Of a stretch of 64,000 nt of DNA, positions 29,053 through 39,506 are shown piece after piece. Origin of the DNA: an uncultured Methanosarcinales archaeon (GTDB taxonomy: Archaea; Nanobdellota; Nanobdellia; Woesearchaeales; GW2011-AR9); the NCBI GenBank assembly GCA_964434885.1, contig CAYSWQ010000001.1, positions 11,327 to 75,326 on the forward strand, written 5' to 3'. The position numbers were made by a program, and so were the translations under genes. Below the pieces are notes generated by a model. That model saw only the letters and a program-made list of their open reading frames with translations, had not been told where the DNA came from and ran no database searches. Numbering within the stretch: the stretch's first letter is position 1; each line of letters starts with the position of its first letter.

Positions 29053-30240
29053 TTAAATTTCTTGGGGTGCTGAACCAAGATTGGCTTCTTGTTTTAGGAT
29101 TTCAATCTTGTCTGTTTTTTCCCAAGTGAAATCTGGATCATCTCGACCAAAGTGACCATAGGCAGCAGTTTTCTGATAGATTGGTCTTCTTAGATTCAAT
29201 GTATCAATAATTGCTTTTGGTCGGAAGTCAAATACTTTTCCAACTACTTCGGAAATTTTTTCATCTGGAATCTTTCCAGTGTCAAAAGTATTTACTAAAA
29301 TACTAACTGGTTGAGCAACCCCAATAGCATACGCTACTTGTACTTCACATTTATCTGCTAAACCTGCAGCTACAATGTTCTTAGCTACATATCTAGCAAA
29401 GTAAGAAGCTGAACGATCTACTTTACTTGGGTCTTTTCCAGAGAAACATCCTCCACCATGACTACCATGCCCACCATAAGTATCAACAATTATTTTTCTT
29501 CCAGTAAGACCAGCATCTCCAACTGGACCCCCAGTTACAAATCTTCCTGTGGGGTTAACAAAGTATTTGGTGTTTTCGTCTAAATAATCCCCACAAATAG
29601 GTTTGATAATCTTTTCAATCATATCTCTCCTAATGGTTTCTAAATCAACATCTGGATGGTGTTGGGTGGAAATAACAACTGCATCAACTCTAACTGGCTT
29701 ACCATTTTCATATTGAACTGTTACTTGAGATTTTCCATCTGGTCTCAAATACCAGACTTCTCCTCTTTTTCTAGAGCTAGCTAACCTCTTAGTTAATTTG
29801 TGAGCTAAAATGATTGGTAAAGGCATATATTCTGGAGTTTCATTAGTAGCATAACCAAACATTAAACCCTGGTCTCCAGCCCCTTGTTCTTCATGTAAAC
29901 CTTCTCCTTCGGAAACTCCTTGGGAAATATCGGGAGATTGCTCTGAAATAGCTGCTAAAACTCCACAAGTGGAACCTTCAAAACCATATTCTGGTTTATC
30001 ATAACCAATATCTACAATAGTTTTTCGAACTATTTTTTGTACGTCAACATAAGTTTTAGTAGTTACTTCTCCCGCAACTACTACAAAACCGGTTTTGTTT
30101 AAACACTCTACTGCAACTCTTGCTTGAGGGTCGTCTTTGTAAATCGCATCTAAGATTGCATCACTGATTTGGTCAGCCATTTTGTCGGGGTGTCCTTCAG
30201 TTACACTTTCAGATGTAAAAAAATATTTTCCATTAGTCAT
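29053..30240 (-). CDS. metK: S-adenosylmethionine synthetase, bacterial/eukaryotic type
   Basis: [31 protein letters not shown], full-length MAT domains. Confidence 0.9.
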   Translation of the reverse strand: MTNGKYFFTSESVTEGHPDKMADQISDAILDAIYKDDPQARVAVECLNKTGFVVVAGEVTTKTYVDVQKIVRKTIVDIGYDKPEYGFEGSTCGVLAAISEQSPDISQGVSEGEGLHEEQGAGDQGLMFGYATNETPEYMPLPIILAHKLTKRLASSRKRGEVWYLRPDGKSQVTVQYENGKPVRVDAVVISTQHHPDVDLETIRRDMIEKIIKPICGDYLDENTKYFVNPTGRFVTGGPVGDAGLTGRKIIVDTYGGHGSHGGGCFSGKDPSKVDRSASYFARYVAKNIVAAGLADKCEVQVAYAIGVAQPVSILVNTFDTGKIPDEKISEVVGKVFDFRPKAIIDTLNLRRPIYQKTAAYGHFGRDDPDFTWEKTDKIEILKQEANLGSAPQEI

Positions 30241-30242
30241 TT

Positions 30243-30554
30243 TTAATTTCCTCCATAAACAGGCATGTGACAGTTATCCCATCCACCTGCAACTTCTTGT
30301 TTAGTTCCATTGCCTGAATTAAAATAAATTGGGGCAGTTGTTTTTAATTTTTGATAATCCTCAGCTAGTGCTTTGCTAATTTTTCCAGCTTCCATTTGAT
30401 CTTCTACTAACCCAACCACATAATCTACTCTTTGGGCAGGTCCCATTACATCTGCTAAAGATTGGTCAAAGTGACTTTTTATTTCACGCCGATTAACTAT
30501 ACTATTGACAATATTTCCAATTTCTTCTGTTATTTGCATATTATTTACCTCCAT
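30243..30554 (-). CDS. Hypothetical protein
   Basis: 103 aa, 3-nt gap to metK (likely co-transcribed). Confidence 0.35.
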   Translation of the reverse strand: MEVNNMQITEEIGNIVNSIVNRREIKSHFDQSLADVMGPAQRVDYVVGLVEDQMEAGKISKALAEDYQKLKTTAPIYFNSGNGTKQEVAGGWDNCHMPVYGGN

Positions 30555-30652
30555 TCAGATAGAATGAAAAGATTTGACCCCAATATATAAACGCTCTTGA
30601 CAACAATATTCCAATAGGAATATTTATATAGTATTTATATTCTTTAGACCAT

Positions 30653-31195
30653 ATGTATAAATTAAGTGAAATAAAACGATTAAGAAAAAAATTAGAGATT
30701 AATCAGAAAGAGTTAGCTGTGCGAGCAGGAGTTTCCCAAAGTTTAATTGCCAAAATTGAAGCTGGAAAGATTGAACCGACTTATTCAAAAGCCTGTGGTA
30801 TTTTGGAAACATTAAAAGATTTGGAAGAACAAGAAGAAGCAAAAGCAAAAGAATTAATGAATAAGAAAGTTGTGTTTGTTAAGCCAACAGAGAAAGTTAA
30901 AGAAGTGATTAAGCTGATGAAACAAAAAGGAATTTCTCAGATCCCAGTACAAAATGAAAAAGTGGTGGTGGGTTTAATTAGTGAAAAAATAATCTTAGAT
31001 AAACTAGCTGAAGGAGAAAATATTACTGGGTTAACTGCAGCCGAGATCATGGATGACTGCCCACCAATAATTTCTTTAGAAACTAAACAAAGAACAATTT
31101 TAGAGATTTTAAGAGAACATTCAATTGTGTTGGTAGCTAAAAAAGGAGAAGTAAAAGGAATAATTAGTAAAAGTGATTTGTTAGAAAATTTTTAA
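30653..31195 (+). CDS. XRE-type HTH plus CBS-domain transcriptional regulator
   Basis: N-terminal QKELAVRAGVSQSLIAKIEAGK HTH followed by a CBS pair. Confidence 0.6.
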   Translation: MYKLSEIKRLRKKLEINQKELAVRAGVSQSLIAKIEAGKIEPTYSKACGILETLKDLEEQEEAKAKELMNKKVVFVKPTEKVKEVIKLMKQKGISQIPVQNEKVVVGLISEKIILDKLAEGENITGLTAAEIMDDCPPIISLETKQRTILEILREHSIVLVAKKGEVKGIISKSDLLENF

Positions 31196-32049
31196 TCTTT
31201 ACTAGCTTGGAAAGCAAGAATATCTTCTGTACTTAGTTTCTTTCCTTTCTTGATTTTGTCTTTAACTTCAGCAGTTTTTTCTTTTACTTGAGCTTTAAAG
31301 CTTTTTTCTTCAACATCTTTGAAATGTTTTCCTAATTCATTTAATCTTTTTAGTTTTTCTTCCAATTCTTTCTTTACTTTTTCGTATTCAACAGTTAATT
31401 TTAGTAATTGTTCGGAGAAAGGCCTAACTTTTTCCTTTAGTTGTTTATTTTCTTTGAATAAGACATTGATCTCTTCGTGTCTCTTTTGAGATTCTTGAGC
31501 TGTTTTTTGAATCTCTTGATGTACAGTTTCAGCTTTTTGTTTATCTTCTCTTAATGATTTGGATGCTTTATTGATCTCTTTCCAAGTATTTCCAAATTTT
31601 TCAACTTCACTATATTTTTTCTTTAATTCTTTAATGGTTTTATTCATTTGTTTTTCTTTAGAAAAAGGCATGGCTTCAGTTTCTAATTTAAATTCTAAAG
31701 CATCAATTTGTTTTTTTATTTGTCCAGGATCTTCTTTTAAATCTAATTTTTGCAAAAGATCTTTCTTTTTTTGATCAACTGCTTTCTTTTGAGAAAAACC
31801 TTCTTTAACAGTTTTGTTTAATTTTTCTCTTTCTTCTTTTAACTCTTTAACTTTCTTAGTAAAATCATCTCTTTCTTTCTTAAGATTTTTAATTCGAGAA
31901 TTATTAGATTTAATCTTATTGTTGGTTTCTTTAGAATCTTGAAATAATTTTTTTTTCTCAATGCTAACTCGATTGAGATTAGACTTTAATTTAGAAACAT
32001 CTTTTTTCAGTTGATTGAATTCTTTTCTGGATTCATTAGTTTTTTTCAT
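31192..32049 (-). CDS. Lys/Glu-rich coiled-coil protein
   Basis: 285 aa almost entirely heptad-like K/E-rich helix. Confidence 0.4.
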   Translation of the reverse strand: MKKTNESRKEFNQLKKDVSKLKSNLNRVSIEKKKLFQDSKETNNKIKSNNSRIKNLKKERDDFTKKVKELKEEREKLNKTVKEGFSQKKAVDQKKKDLLQKLDLKEDPGQIKKQIDALEFKLETEAMPFSKEKQMNKTIKELKKKYSEVEKFGNTWKEINKASKSLREDKQKAETVHQEIQKTAQESQKRHEEINVLFKENKQLKEKVRPFSEQLLKLTVEYEKVKKELEEKLKRLNELGKHFKDVEEKSFKAQVKEKTAEVKDKIKKGKKLSTEDILAFQASKD

Positions 32050-32065
32050 GTTTTCGTTAATAGTC

Positions 32066-32146
32066 TAAAAATAAAAAAAAGACATAAAAAAATAAAAAAA
32101 CCCTAAAGTCAGTTTTAGGATTTTTAATCTTGCCTAAATTGGCAAG
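32066..32146 (-). terminator. Probable terminator of the L1-P0-P1 operon: two hairpins followed by long U tracts
   Basis: Minus-strand transcript CUUGCCAAUUUAGGCAAG ... CCUAAAACUGACUUUAGGG followed by UUUUUUUAUUUUUUUAUGUCUUUUUUUU directly 3' of the rpl12 stop. Confidence 0.45.
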
Positions 32147-32158
32147 AAATAAAAAAAC

Positions 32159-32470
32159 TTAACCAAATAATGCGCCTAATCCGGCAGCAGCGGCTTCTTC
32201 AGTTTTTTTATCATCTTCTTTTTTCTCTTCTTTCTTTTCTTCTTTAGCTTCTTCGGCAGGAGCAGCAGCAGTTGGAGCAGCAGCGACGGGGGCTACAGCA
32301 GCCTTTTTAACAGCTTCCTCAATATTAACTCCTTCTAAAGCAGTGACTAAAGCTTTAACTCTGGCTTCTTCAACTGTGACACCAGCAGCCTCAACCACTT
32401 TTTTAACATTATCTTCGTTAATATCTTTTCCTGCTTTGTGAAGCAACATAGCAGCATAGACGTATTCCAT
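32159..32470 (-). CDS. rpl12: 50S ribosomal stalk protein P1 (L12e)
   Basis: [26 protein letters not shown]...[13 protein letters not shown]; start taken at MEYVYAA rather than the upstream ORF-track ATG. Confidence 0.8.
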   Translation of the reverse strand: MEYVYAAMLLHKAGKDINEDNVKKVVEAAGVTVEEARVKALVTALEGVNIEEAVKKAAVAPVAAAPTAAAPAEEAKEEKKEEKKEDDKKTEEAAAAGLGALFG

Positions 32471-32498
32471 TTTTTTGACCTCCATTGAAATTTGAGTA

Positions 32499-34010
32499 TT
32501 AGTTTTCTTCTCTTAAAGTTCCTTGTTTCTTTAATTTTTCAAATAAGTTTTCTCCAGCTTCAACATTAGCATCTTTCTTTGGTTTTTCTGCTTCCGCTTT
32601 AGTTTTTTCTTCTTGAACTAAGTCGCTTGCTGAAGGAACTTCTTGAATAGCTGGTTTCTCTTCAACTATTTCTGATTTGTTTTCTGGTTCTTCTTTAGCA
32701 AATTGTTTTTTAGTAGCTTCAATAATATCTAAAGCAGCATCTTTTTGAGCTTCTGGAGTAGGATTTGGTTCTGAGGTTGGTTCTGGTTCAGGTCCAACCT
32801 CTTCTTGTTTTTCTTCCTCAACTGGTTTTTCTTCAACCGGTTCTTCTGCTGGAGATTCTTCTTTCTTTTCTTCTTCAGCAGGTTCAGTAGTAGGTTCTTC
32901 TGTAGGTGTTTCCTCAGGTTTAGATTCTTCAGCAGGAGCTTCTTCTTTAGGCTCTTCTTTTGGTTCTTCAGGTTTAGATTCTTCTGCAGGAGCTTCTTCT
33001 TTAGGCTCTTCTTTTGGTTCTTCAGGTTGAGCTTCCTCTTCAGGTTTGGCTTCTTCCTCTTGAACAGGTTCTTCTGCTGGAGCTTCTTCTTTCTTTTCTT
33101 CTTTAACTGGTTCTTCTGCAGGTTTATCTTCTGATTTTGATTCTTCTTTAGGTTTGGCTTCAGTCGAAGCTTCAATCTTAGCAGTCTCTTTCAAACTCAA
33201 AGCTTGCTGTTCAGTTTTAGCTAAAATCTCTTCTGTAGTTTCATCAGTTAAGATGTCTTGATCTAAAGCCAAATTACGTGAATCTTGAGCTGCTTTCTGT
33301 AATAATAATTCAATGTTATCTTTAGTTGGGTAACCAACTTCCATAGCTAAGTTGAATGCTTCTTGGAAGGCCACTCCAATGTTGTTTAAGTAAGCTTCTT
33401 CATCAACATGTAAGTCTTTACCAGCGAAAACAATTTTATCTTCCCAAGCAGCAACTAAATCTAGGCCAATTTCCATTGGTTGAATGTCTAATCTTTTTAA
33501 CATGCTAGCTAATTCTCCAGAAATAGTATCTCCTTCTTTAGCGACAACTGCATCGTCGGTGATTTTTAATTTTCCACCATCAACTTTGGTTTTAATACCT
33601 ACTGCAGCTAATTCAGAAATAATTGGTCCTGGAGCAAAATTAGTTGGTCCAGCTGGAACAACAATATCTTTTGGAGCTTCTTGTCCAGCTTTAGCAGGAG
33701 CTGAAGATTTGTTTTTTTCCAAAATTTTGTATAAAATAAAAGGATTTTCTTTAGATAATAAGACTGCAGGCATACCTTTGATTTTTTCAATCAGAGCATC
33801 AATGTTTTCTTTTTGTGAATTTTTTAAAGCTAATTGTAATAATCTTCTTCGAGCCATTACAATCAAAACATCTTTTTTTAGTAATTGTGCCCGCATGTTT
33901 TGTAGCTGTTGGGCAGGTAAATTCTGCATATTAACAATTGCAATAACAGGATAGTCTTTGATCTGTTGAGTTAACTTTTCTACCAATTTTTTCTTTTTAT
34001 CAGAGACCAT
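32499..34010 (-). CDS. rplP0: 50S ribosomal stalk protein P0 (L10e) with about 160-aa acidic Pro/Glu/Lys repeat extension
   Basis: N-terminal L10 domain ([32 protein letters not shown]...); C-terminal tail carries degenerate [18 protein letters not shown] repeats, including two exact 18-aa copies. Confidence 0.75.
   Translation of the reverse strand: MVSDKKKKLVEKLTQQIKDYPVIAIVNMQNLPAQQLQNMRAQLLKKDVLIVMARRRLLQLALKNSQKENIDALIEKIKGMPAVLLSKENPFILYKILEKNKSSAPAKAGQEAPKDIVVPAGPTNFAPGPIISELAAVGIKTKVDGGKLKITDDAVVAKEGDTISGELASMLKRLDIQPMEIGLDLVAAWEDKIVFAGKDLHVDEEAYLNNIGVAFQEAFNLAMEVGYPTKDNIELLLQKAAQDSRNLALDQDILTDETTEEILAKTEQQALSLKETAKIEASTEAKPKEESKSEDKPAEEPVKEEKKEEAPAEEPVQEEEAKPEEEAQPEEPKEEPKEEAPAEESKPEEPKEEPKEEAPAEESKPEETPTEEPTTEPAEEEKKEESPAEEPVEEKPVEEEKQEEVGPEPEPTSEPNPTPEAQKDAALDIIEATKKQFAKEEPENKSEIVEEKPAIQEVPSASDLVQEEKTKAEAEKPKKDANVEAGENLFEKLKKQGTLREEN
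32917..33024. repeat. 54-nt tandem direct repeat (2 copies, 1 mismatch) inside the P0 C-terminal extension
   Basis: ggtttagattcttc(a/t)gcaggagcttcttctttaggctcttcttttggttcttca occurs twice in tandem. Confidence 0.6.
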
Positions 34011-34011
34011 T

Positions 34012-34650
34012 TTATATCTTAACTGGTTTACCCATTGTTAATTTTAATTGAACATTCTTGATGTTTTGTTTTTCTTGAGGTACATTTTTAATTGTGGAAT
34101 TATAAACAGCCACAGCATTTTCTGCAATGTGATCATCACTTTGATCTTCTTTACCAATCATACATTGTAAATTGGTTGCTTTGTTATTAGATAATCTAAC
34201 AGTGGCTTGTAATTTTTTAATTAAAGGTTCTAAATTAGCATTTGGTGGAACTACACAACCTAGTTTTGGATTGGGCATTTTTCCTTTTGTACCTAATACC
34301 TTACCAAAGTTTTGAGCTACTTTAGCCATTAAATTTGCTTGAGCAATAAAATAATCATATTCTTGGGCTAATTTCTTAATAGCTTTAGGATCTGCGTATT
34401 TTGGAAAATCAGCTTCAGTAATAACCAAATCACAAACTTGTTTAGCTTGATCTTTTAATTCTGGACCAGAAAAGATAGCTATTTTTGGTTTTTTTGGTTT
34501 AGGATGAGGTAAAGTAACAAAGAAATCAACATTTTCAGATTTTGGATTAATACCTTTAAGATTAATAATTAAGTCATAAGATTGAGAGAATTTTCTTTTG
34601 GTCCCTTTCTTTAGTTCTTTTATTGCTTTCTCGACTTGTTGTTTATTCAT
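34012..34650 (-). CDS. rpl1: 50S ribosomal protein L1
   Basis: 212 aa, L1 family; conserved L1-P0-P1 order. Confidence 0.8.
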   Translation of the reverse strand: MNKQQVEKAIKELKKGTKRKFSQSYDLIINLKGINPKSENVDFFVTLPHPKPKKPKIAIFSGPELKDQAKQVCDLVITEADFPKYADPKAIKKLAQEYDYFIAQANLMAKVAQNFGKVLGTKGKMPNPKLGCVVPPNANLEPLIKKLQATVRLSNNKATNLQCMIGKEDQSDDHIAENAVAVYNSTIKNVPQEKQNIKNVQLKLTMGKPVKI

Positions 34651-34743
34651 ATTTACCTCCTACACAAGGTAGTTGACGGTTTTATGTTAAGATTTAAGGT
34701 TATTTATAAAGTTTTGGGTGGTGAATGAATAACAACCCTAAAA

Positions 34744-35043
34744 TTAATCTTCGTCTCTGCCTTTGCCTGCTTTAATGTCTTTCACGGTTTTTTTGAAGGC
34801 GTCGATTTGTTTCTTAGAAAGGGATTTGTACATTAAGTAAGATTGTCTGATGTTTCTTAAGAATCTTGATTTTTCATAGGTTTTCTTGGGAATGTTAAGA
34901 AAATCGTATTTTTTAGCAGTAACTTCTTCGGCAAAGATTTGTTTCATATGGCATTTAATGCAAATTGGGAATTCACGATGACGAACAACAACCCAATCTT
35001 GATGACAGATTTTACATTTCTGTTTAAATTTTAAATAAGCCAT
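34744..35043 (-). CDS. Small zinc-finger-like hypothetical protein
   Basis: C-x2-H...C-x2-C (CKICHQD...CIKCHMK) in a basic 99-aa protein. Confidence 0.35.
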   Translation of the reverse strand: MAYLKFKQKCKICHQDWVVVRHREFPICIKCHMKQIFAEEVTAKKYDFLNIPKKTYEKSRFLRNIRQSYLMYKSLSKKQIDAFKKTVKDIKAGKGRDED

Positions 35044-35161
35044 ATTTATTAGAATGTGGGGTCTTATATAAGGTTATGGGTGATTAGTAGTAAAAATCTA
35101 GTAAAAACTTCAATAAGATTTAAAAACGCTCAAAAAATGATATCTTGAAAAGAGGGATAGA

Positions 35162-36091
35162 ATGAAAATATTGACTAATTTAATTAGATTTGCTGAAAAG
35201 TCGAAAGGTTTGCAGACTAAAGATAAGATTAAACTACTCCTCTTTCTAAAGAAAGTTAAACCAAATACTGAAATTTTGTTAAAAGTTGGTCCTAAAAATC
35301 TAGGAGAGAAATATCTTTTAGAAAAATTGTTGAAACAAAATAAAGTTTTGTTTTCTGTAAGTAATCCCAAGAGTTATGAAGAAGTTAAAAAAATCAAAGG
35401 AGATAAAGTAATGTGGGAGATAAAAGGGACATATTATAGTTATGATATTTTTAGAAGTAAGAAAGATAAGGAAAAATTTAGGCATTATTTAGATTTATTA
35501 GATAAAGGTAAATACAATCAAGGAGATAAGATTGCAGGGGAACATTATGGTTATCCAAAATGTTGTTTAACTCGTTTTGTTAAAGAAAAAAGTACAACTT
35601 TTTTGAAGAAAAATTACACTTACTGGGAATACTATAAGAAATTAAGAGATATGGATCTTAAGTTTCCATTTTTATCTCATTTACCACATTCTTTAGATTG
35701 TAAAGAAAGTAATAAACTAAATAAAAAATATGAAGAAATAATAAAGAGAACTAGTAAGAAAATTTACAAGGAATTTTCTAGTAAAGGAAAATACAAAGGT
35801 AGTTTAATTATTGGTGGAATCTCAGATGTAGAAATCAAAGGTAAAAGTATCTGGCCTAAAAAAGCAGGTTATGAATATGAGTTAATTTACAAAAAACCCT
35901 TTCGCAGACATTATTATTTAATTAGTTTTTTGAGTAAGAAAAAATATAGAAAAGGGCAAGTTTTGAAAGGAATTGTAACTTTGCAATATGATTATGCAAC
36001 TGTTAAGATTATAAAAGAAAAAAACAAAGTTATTTCTGGTTTACATCATGAAAGAAAATTACCTTTGTTAGGTGAAGTTACGATTGGTTGA
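35162..36091 (+). CDS. Hypothetical Lys-rich protein
   Basis: 309 aa ORF, no family recognised; contains EHYGYPKCC. Confidence 0.35.
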   Translation: MKILTNLIRFAEKSKGLQTKDKIKLLLFLKKVKPNTEILLKVGPKNLGEKYLLEKLLKQNKVLFSVSNPKSYEEVKKIKGDKVMWEIKGTYYSYDIFRSKKDKEKFRHYLDLLDKGKYNQGDKIAGEHYGYPKCCLTRFVKEKSTTFLKKNYTYWEYYKKLRDMDLKFPFLSHLPHSLDCKESNKLNKKYEEIIKRTSKKIYKEFSSKGKYKGSLIIGGISDVEIKGKSIWPKKAGYEYELIYKKPFRRHYYLISFLSKKKYRKGQVLKGIVTLQYDYATVKIIKEKNKVISGLHHERKLPLLGEVTIG

Positions 36092-37364
36092 ATTGTCTAC
36101 ATAATGCTTCTACATCTGTTTTAATTCTTTCTTTTAATTCAGAATTGTCTGGGTTTTTGATTACTCTGGCCATCCATTCCCCAACTACTTTCATTTCTGA
36201 TTCTTTCATCCCCATCGTGGTCATGATAGGAGTACCAATTCTAACTCCAGAAGGTTTGAAAGGGGTAGAAGGATCAAAAGGAACTGTGTTGCAATTGGTC
36301 ACTATTCCTGCTTGTTCTAAAGCAACTGCGACTGGTTTTCCCAAACCAATGCCGAAAGGTCTTAAGTCAATTAAGATTAAATGGTTATCCGTTCCGTTGG
36401 TTACTAGTTTGATATTGTTTTCCATTAATGTTTCTGCTAGTTGTTTGGCGTTTTTGATAATTTGTTTTGCGTAATCTTGAAATTGAGGTTGTAGTGCTTC
36501 TCCAAAAGCAACTGCTTTAGCAGCAATGATGTTTTGGTGTGGTCCTCCTTGTAAACCAGGGAAAACAGCTCGGTCGATTTTACCAGCTAAATTTTGATCT
36601 TTTTTGATTTGTTTTTCTTCTAAACCTTCAATTTGGGCTAATCTGTCTTGTTGTTTAGACATAATCATTGCTCCTCTTGGACCCCTTAATGTTTTGTGAG
36701 TAGTAGTCATTACTACATCAGTAAATGGAAAAGGAGAAATGTGGGCATTACCTGCAATTAATCCAGCAATATGTGAAATATCGGCCATCGAATAAGCTCC
36801 AACTTCTTCGGCAATCTCGTGGAATTGTTTGAAATCAATAGTTCTTGGATATGCAGTTGCTCCGCTGACTAAGATTTGTGGTTTTTCTTGTAAAGCTATT
36901 TTTCTGATTTCCCCCATATCTAATAATTCAGTTTCTTGATTAACCCCATATTGAACTGCTTGGAAATATCTAGAGGTAGCACTAACTTTATGGCCATGAG
37001 TTAAATGTCCACCCATATCTAAACGCATCCCCATGATTTTTTCTTGCGGTTTTAGTAAAGCATGGTAGATAGCTAAGTTAGCCGGACTACCGGAATAAGG
37101 TTGAACATTAACATGTTCGGCATTGAATAATTGTTTAGCTCTGGCAATAGCTAGTTCTTCGATAGAATCAACATGATCATTACCTTGATAATATCTTTTT
37201 CTTGGATAACCTTCTGCATATTTGTTAGTTAATAAACTGCCAGAAACCATTCTAACTGCTAAACTAACATAATTTTCTGAAGGAATCAGGTTGAGGGTGG
37301 TTTTTTGTCTGATTCTTTCTGCTTCTAGGTGTTGGTAAACTTCAGGATCTAGTTTATTTATCAT
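36078..37364 (-). CDS. glyA: Serine hydroxymethyltransferase
   Basis: PLP-lysine region TTHKTLRGPRG and full SHMT architecture. Confidence 0.9.
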   Translation of the reverse strand: MINKLDPEVYQHLEAERIRQKTTLNLIPSENYVSLAVRMVSGSLLTNKYAEGYPRKRYYQGNDHVDSIEELAIARAKQLFNAEHVNVQPYSGSPANLAIYHALLKPQEKIMGMRLDMGGHLTHGHKVSATSRYFQAVQYGVNQETELLDMGEIRKIALQEKPQILVSGATAYPRTIDFKQFHEIAEEVGAYSMADISHIAGLIAGNAHISPFPFTDVVMTTTHKTLRGPRGAMIMSKQQDRLAQIEGLEEKQIKKDQNLAGKIDRAVFPGLQGGPHQNIIAAKAVAFGEALQPQFQDYAKQIIKNAKQLAETLMENNIKLVTNGTDNHLILIDLRPFGIGLGKPVAVALEQAGIVTNCNTVPFDPSTPFKPSGVRIGTPIMTTMGMKESEMKVVGEWMARVIKNPDNSELKERIKTDVEALCRQFNQS

Positions 37365-37827
37365 TTTTCCTCCGGTAAATTACAAATTCAAATTCTTCAA
37401 AGTCTTTTGTTTGTTCTATCTCCCATTCTTCTTTATTGAATTCTGGAAAGTAAGTATCTCCTTGGTATTCTTTTTTGATGTAGGAGAGGTACATTTTATT
37501 GGCGTAAGGAAGAAATTGTTGATAGATTGTTGAACCACCAATGATGAATAAATCTTGATTAAACGTTTTGGCTTTTTTTATGCTATCTTCAATATTATTG
37601 CAAATGATGAGATTTTCTGTTGGTGGCATTGAACGACTAAGAACCAGATTATTTCTATTAGGTAATGGCCTGCCAATTGATTCGTAAGTTTTCCTACCCA
37701 TTAAAATGGTTTTTCCGGAAGTTAATTCTTTGAAGTTTTTTAGATCTTCAGGAATGTGCCAAGGAAGAGCATTATCTTTACCGATTACTCTTGAGTTGGT
37801 CATTCCAGCAATTAATATGATATTCAT
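37354..37827 (-). CDS. folA: Dihydrofolate reductase
   Basis: MNIILIAGMTNSRVIGKDNALPWHIPEDLKNFKELTSGKTILMGRKTYESIG matches the DHFR signature; start taken at MNIIL (the ORF track extends 6 codons upstream). Confidence 0.75.
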   Translation of the reverse strand: MNIILIAGMTNSRVIGKDNALPWHIPEDLKNFKELTSGKTILMGRKTYESIGRPLPNRNNLVLSRSMPPTENLIICNNIEDSIKKAKTFNQDLFIIGGSTIYQQFLPYANKMYLSYIKKEYQGDTYFPEFNKEEWEIEQTKDFEEFEFVIYRRKNDK

Positions 37828-37828
37828 T

Positions 37829-38695
37829 TTAAACAGCAATCTCAAATTTTATTGATTTGTGGGGTTCATAATTTTCAATTTTAGAATCTGTATATTTCCA
37901 ATCAAAAATGGAAGTAAAGTTTTCTGTTTCTAATTTGGGTAAATCCCTAGTTTCTCTTTTTAATTGTTCTTGTAAACCTTCTAAGTGATTCACATAAATG
38001 TGGGTATCAGCCAAGAAACCAACTAGTTTGCCTTCTTCAAAACCAGATTCTTTTGCTAGAAGATGAAGTAGAAGAGCATAACTAGCAATGTTAAATGGTA
38101 AGCCCAATGCTGTATCTACAGAACGTTGATTCCACAACAAGTTTAATTTGTTATTAGTTACAGTTACTTGGAAACTATAATGACAGGGAGGTAATGCCAT
38201 ACGATGGAAATCTACTGGATTCCAAGCAGAAACAATCATTCTTCGGTCTTGTGGATTGTTTTTTAACATATGAACTAATTTTTTTAATTGATCAATCCCT
38301 TGTCCTTCTGGTTGTTGGTCTGAAGAAGTGTAATTTGCTCCAAAATTTCTCCATTGCCAGCCATAAATTGGACCCAATTCTGATTCTTCCAACATACGCT
38401 TTTTTGTTTCTACATCATGAGCATAAGTTACTTTATCTGGAGAACACCACTCGTCCCAAATGTGGTTGTTTCTTTCTTGTAACCATTTTTTATCAGTAAT
38501 TCCTTTGATGAAGAATTCTAATTCAGAAGCAACTAGTCGGAAAGGAACCCTTTTAGTTGTTAACAAAGGAAAACCTTTTGACATGTCATGTTCAAACATG
38601 GCTCCTGCCACGGCAATAGTATCTACGCCAGTACGGTTTGGTTTATGGTCCCCTTGTTCTAGAATTTTTTTAACAATGTTATGATAAGCTTGCAT
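37829..38695 (-). CDS. thyA: Thymidylate synthase (ThyA, folate-dependent)
   Basis: ...RMIVSAWNPVDFHRMALPPCHYSFQ places the catalytic Cys in the classic ThyA motif. Confidence 0.9.
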   Translation of the reverse strand: MQAYHNIVKKILEQGDHKPNRTGVDTIAVAGAMFEHDMSKGFPLLTTKRVPFRLVASELEFFIKGITDKKWLQERNNHIWDEWCSPDKVTYAHDVETKKRMLEESELGPIYGWQWRNFGANYTSSDQQPEGQGIDQLKKLVHMLKNNPQDRRMIVSAWNPVDFHRMALPPCHYSFQVTVTNNKLNLLWNQRSVDTALGLPFNIASYALLLHLLAKESGFEEGKLVGFLADTHIYVNHLEGLQEQLKRETRDLPKLETENFTSIFDWKYTDSKIENYEPHKSIKFEIAV

Positions 38696-38822
38696 ACTAA
38701 ATCACCCAGACAGAGGTAATGATAATAGTTTAAATAAATTGTTGTGTTTGAGTTGATGGAATAAAGATAAACTATTTTGGAGAACCACAATTCTTATTAA
38801 TCCAATCTCAAAAATAAAAAAT

Positions 38823-39467
38823 ATGAGTAAATACAAAGTAGGAATTTTTGATCATAGTGGAGTGCTAAGTGATGATCGAAAACCAGTTCATGCATCAAAT
38901 GTGGTTTTGTTAGAAAGATATTGTCCTGGCGTAAAGAACCCAAGTTTTGATGACTGGTTAAAAATGTCACATGCTTCAGCTGGGGAATTTATTCAAAGTC
39001 AAGGTGGTAAAGCACCACTAGAAGAAATCAATAGAGAATATGAGAATGTGTATAGAGCGATTACTTCTCGAGCAGATAGCCCTATTTTACCAACAATGTA
39101 CCCACAAGTACCTGGTGTGTTAGATCAATTAAGAATTAGAGGAATGAAAACTGCAATCGTGAGTAGTCATCCTAAAAGTAGTTTATTTGAAGAATTAGAA
39201 AGATATGGAATTAAAGATAAATTTGATTTGATTTCTGGAGATCCTGCTCCCAAAGATGGTCGTTTGATAGAAATATGTGATTCATTGAAAGTGGGTGTGA
39301 AAGATGCTTTTTTTGTAGAAGATACAATTTATGGATTACAAGCAGCTGAACGTATTGGAATGGATGGTTTTGGAGTAACAACTGGATATCATTCTCGTGA
39401 CAGGTTGGAAGCTGAGAAGCAAGTAAAAGTAGTTGATTCTTTAACAGAATTATTATTGGTAGTATAG
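38823..39467 (+). CDS. HAD-superfamily hydrolase
   Basis: Motif I FDHSG, motif IV E-D near the C-terminus, Rossmannoid fold pattern. Confidence 0.55.
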   Translation: MSKYKVGIFDHSGVLSDDRKPVHASNVVLLERYCPGVKNPSFDDWLKMSHASAGEFIQSQGGKAPLEEINREYENVYRAITSRADSPILPTMYPQVPGVLDQLRIRGMKTAIVSSHPKSSLFEELERYGIKDKFDLISGDPAPKDGRLIEICDSLKVGVKDAFFVEDTIYGLQAAERIGMDGFGVTTGYHSRDRLEAEKQVKVVDSLTELLLVV

Positions 39468-39506
39468 TTTCAGTAATTTTTTATATTGGTGTATGAGGGT
39501 TAAGTT

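Noticed and set aside
32729-33175. ORFs on both strands made of K/N/L or F/R/L low-complexity (148 aa minus, 109 aa plus)
   Set aside because: These lie entirely inside the P0 acidic repeat region. They are alternative-frame readings of GAA/AAG-rich repeats, and P0 is the real gene.
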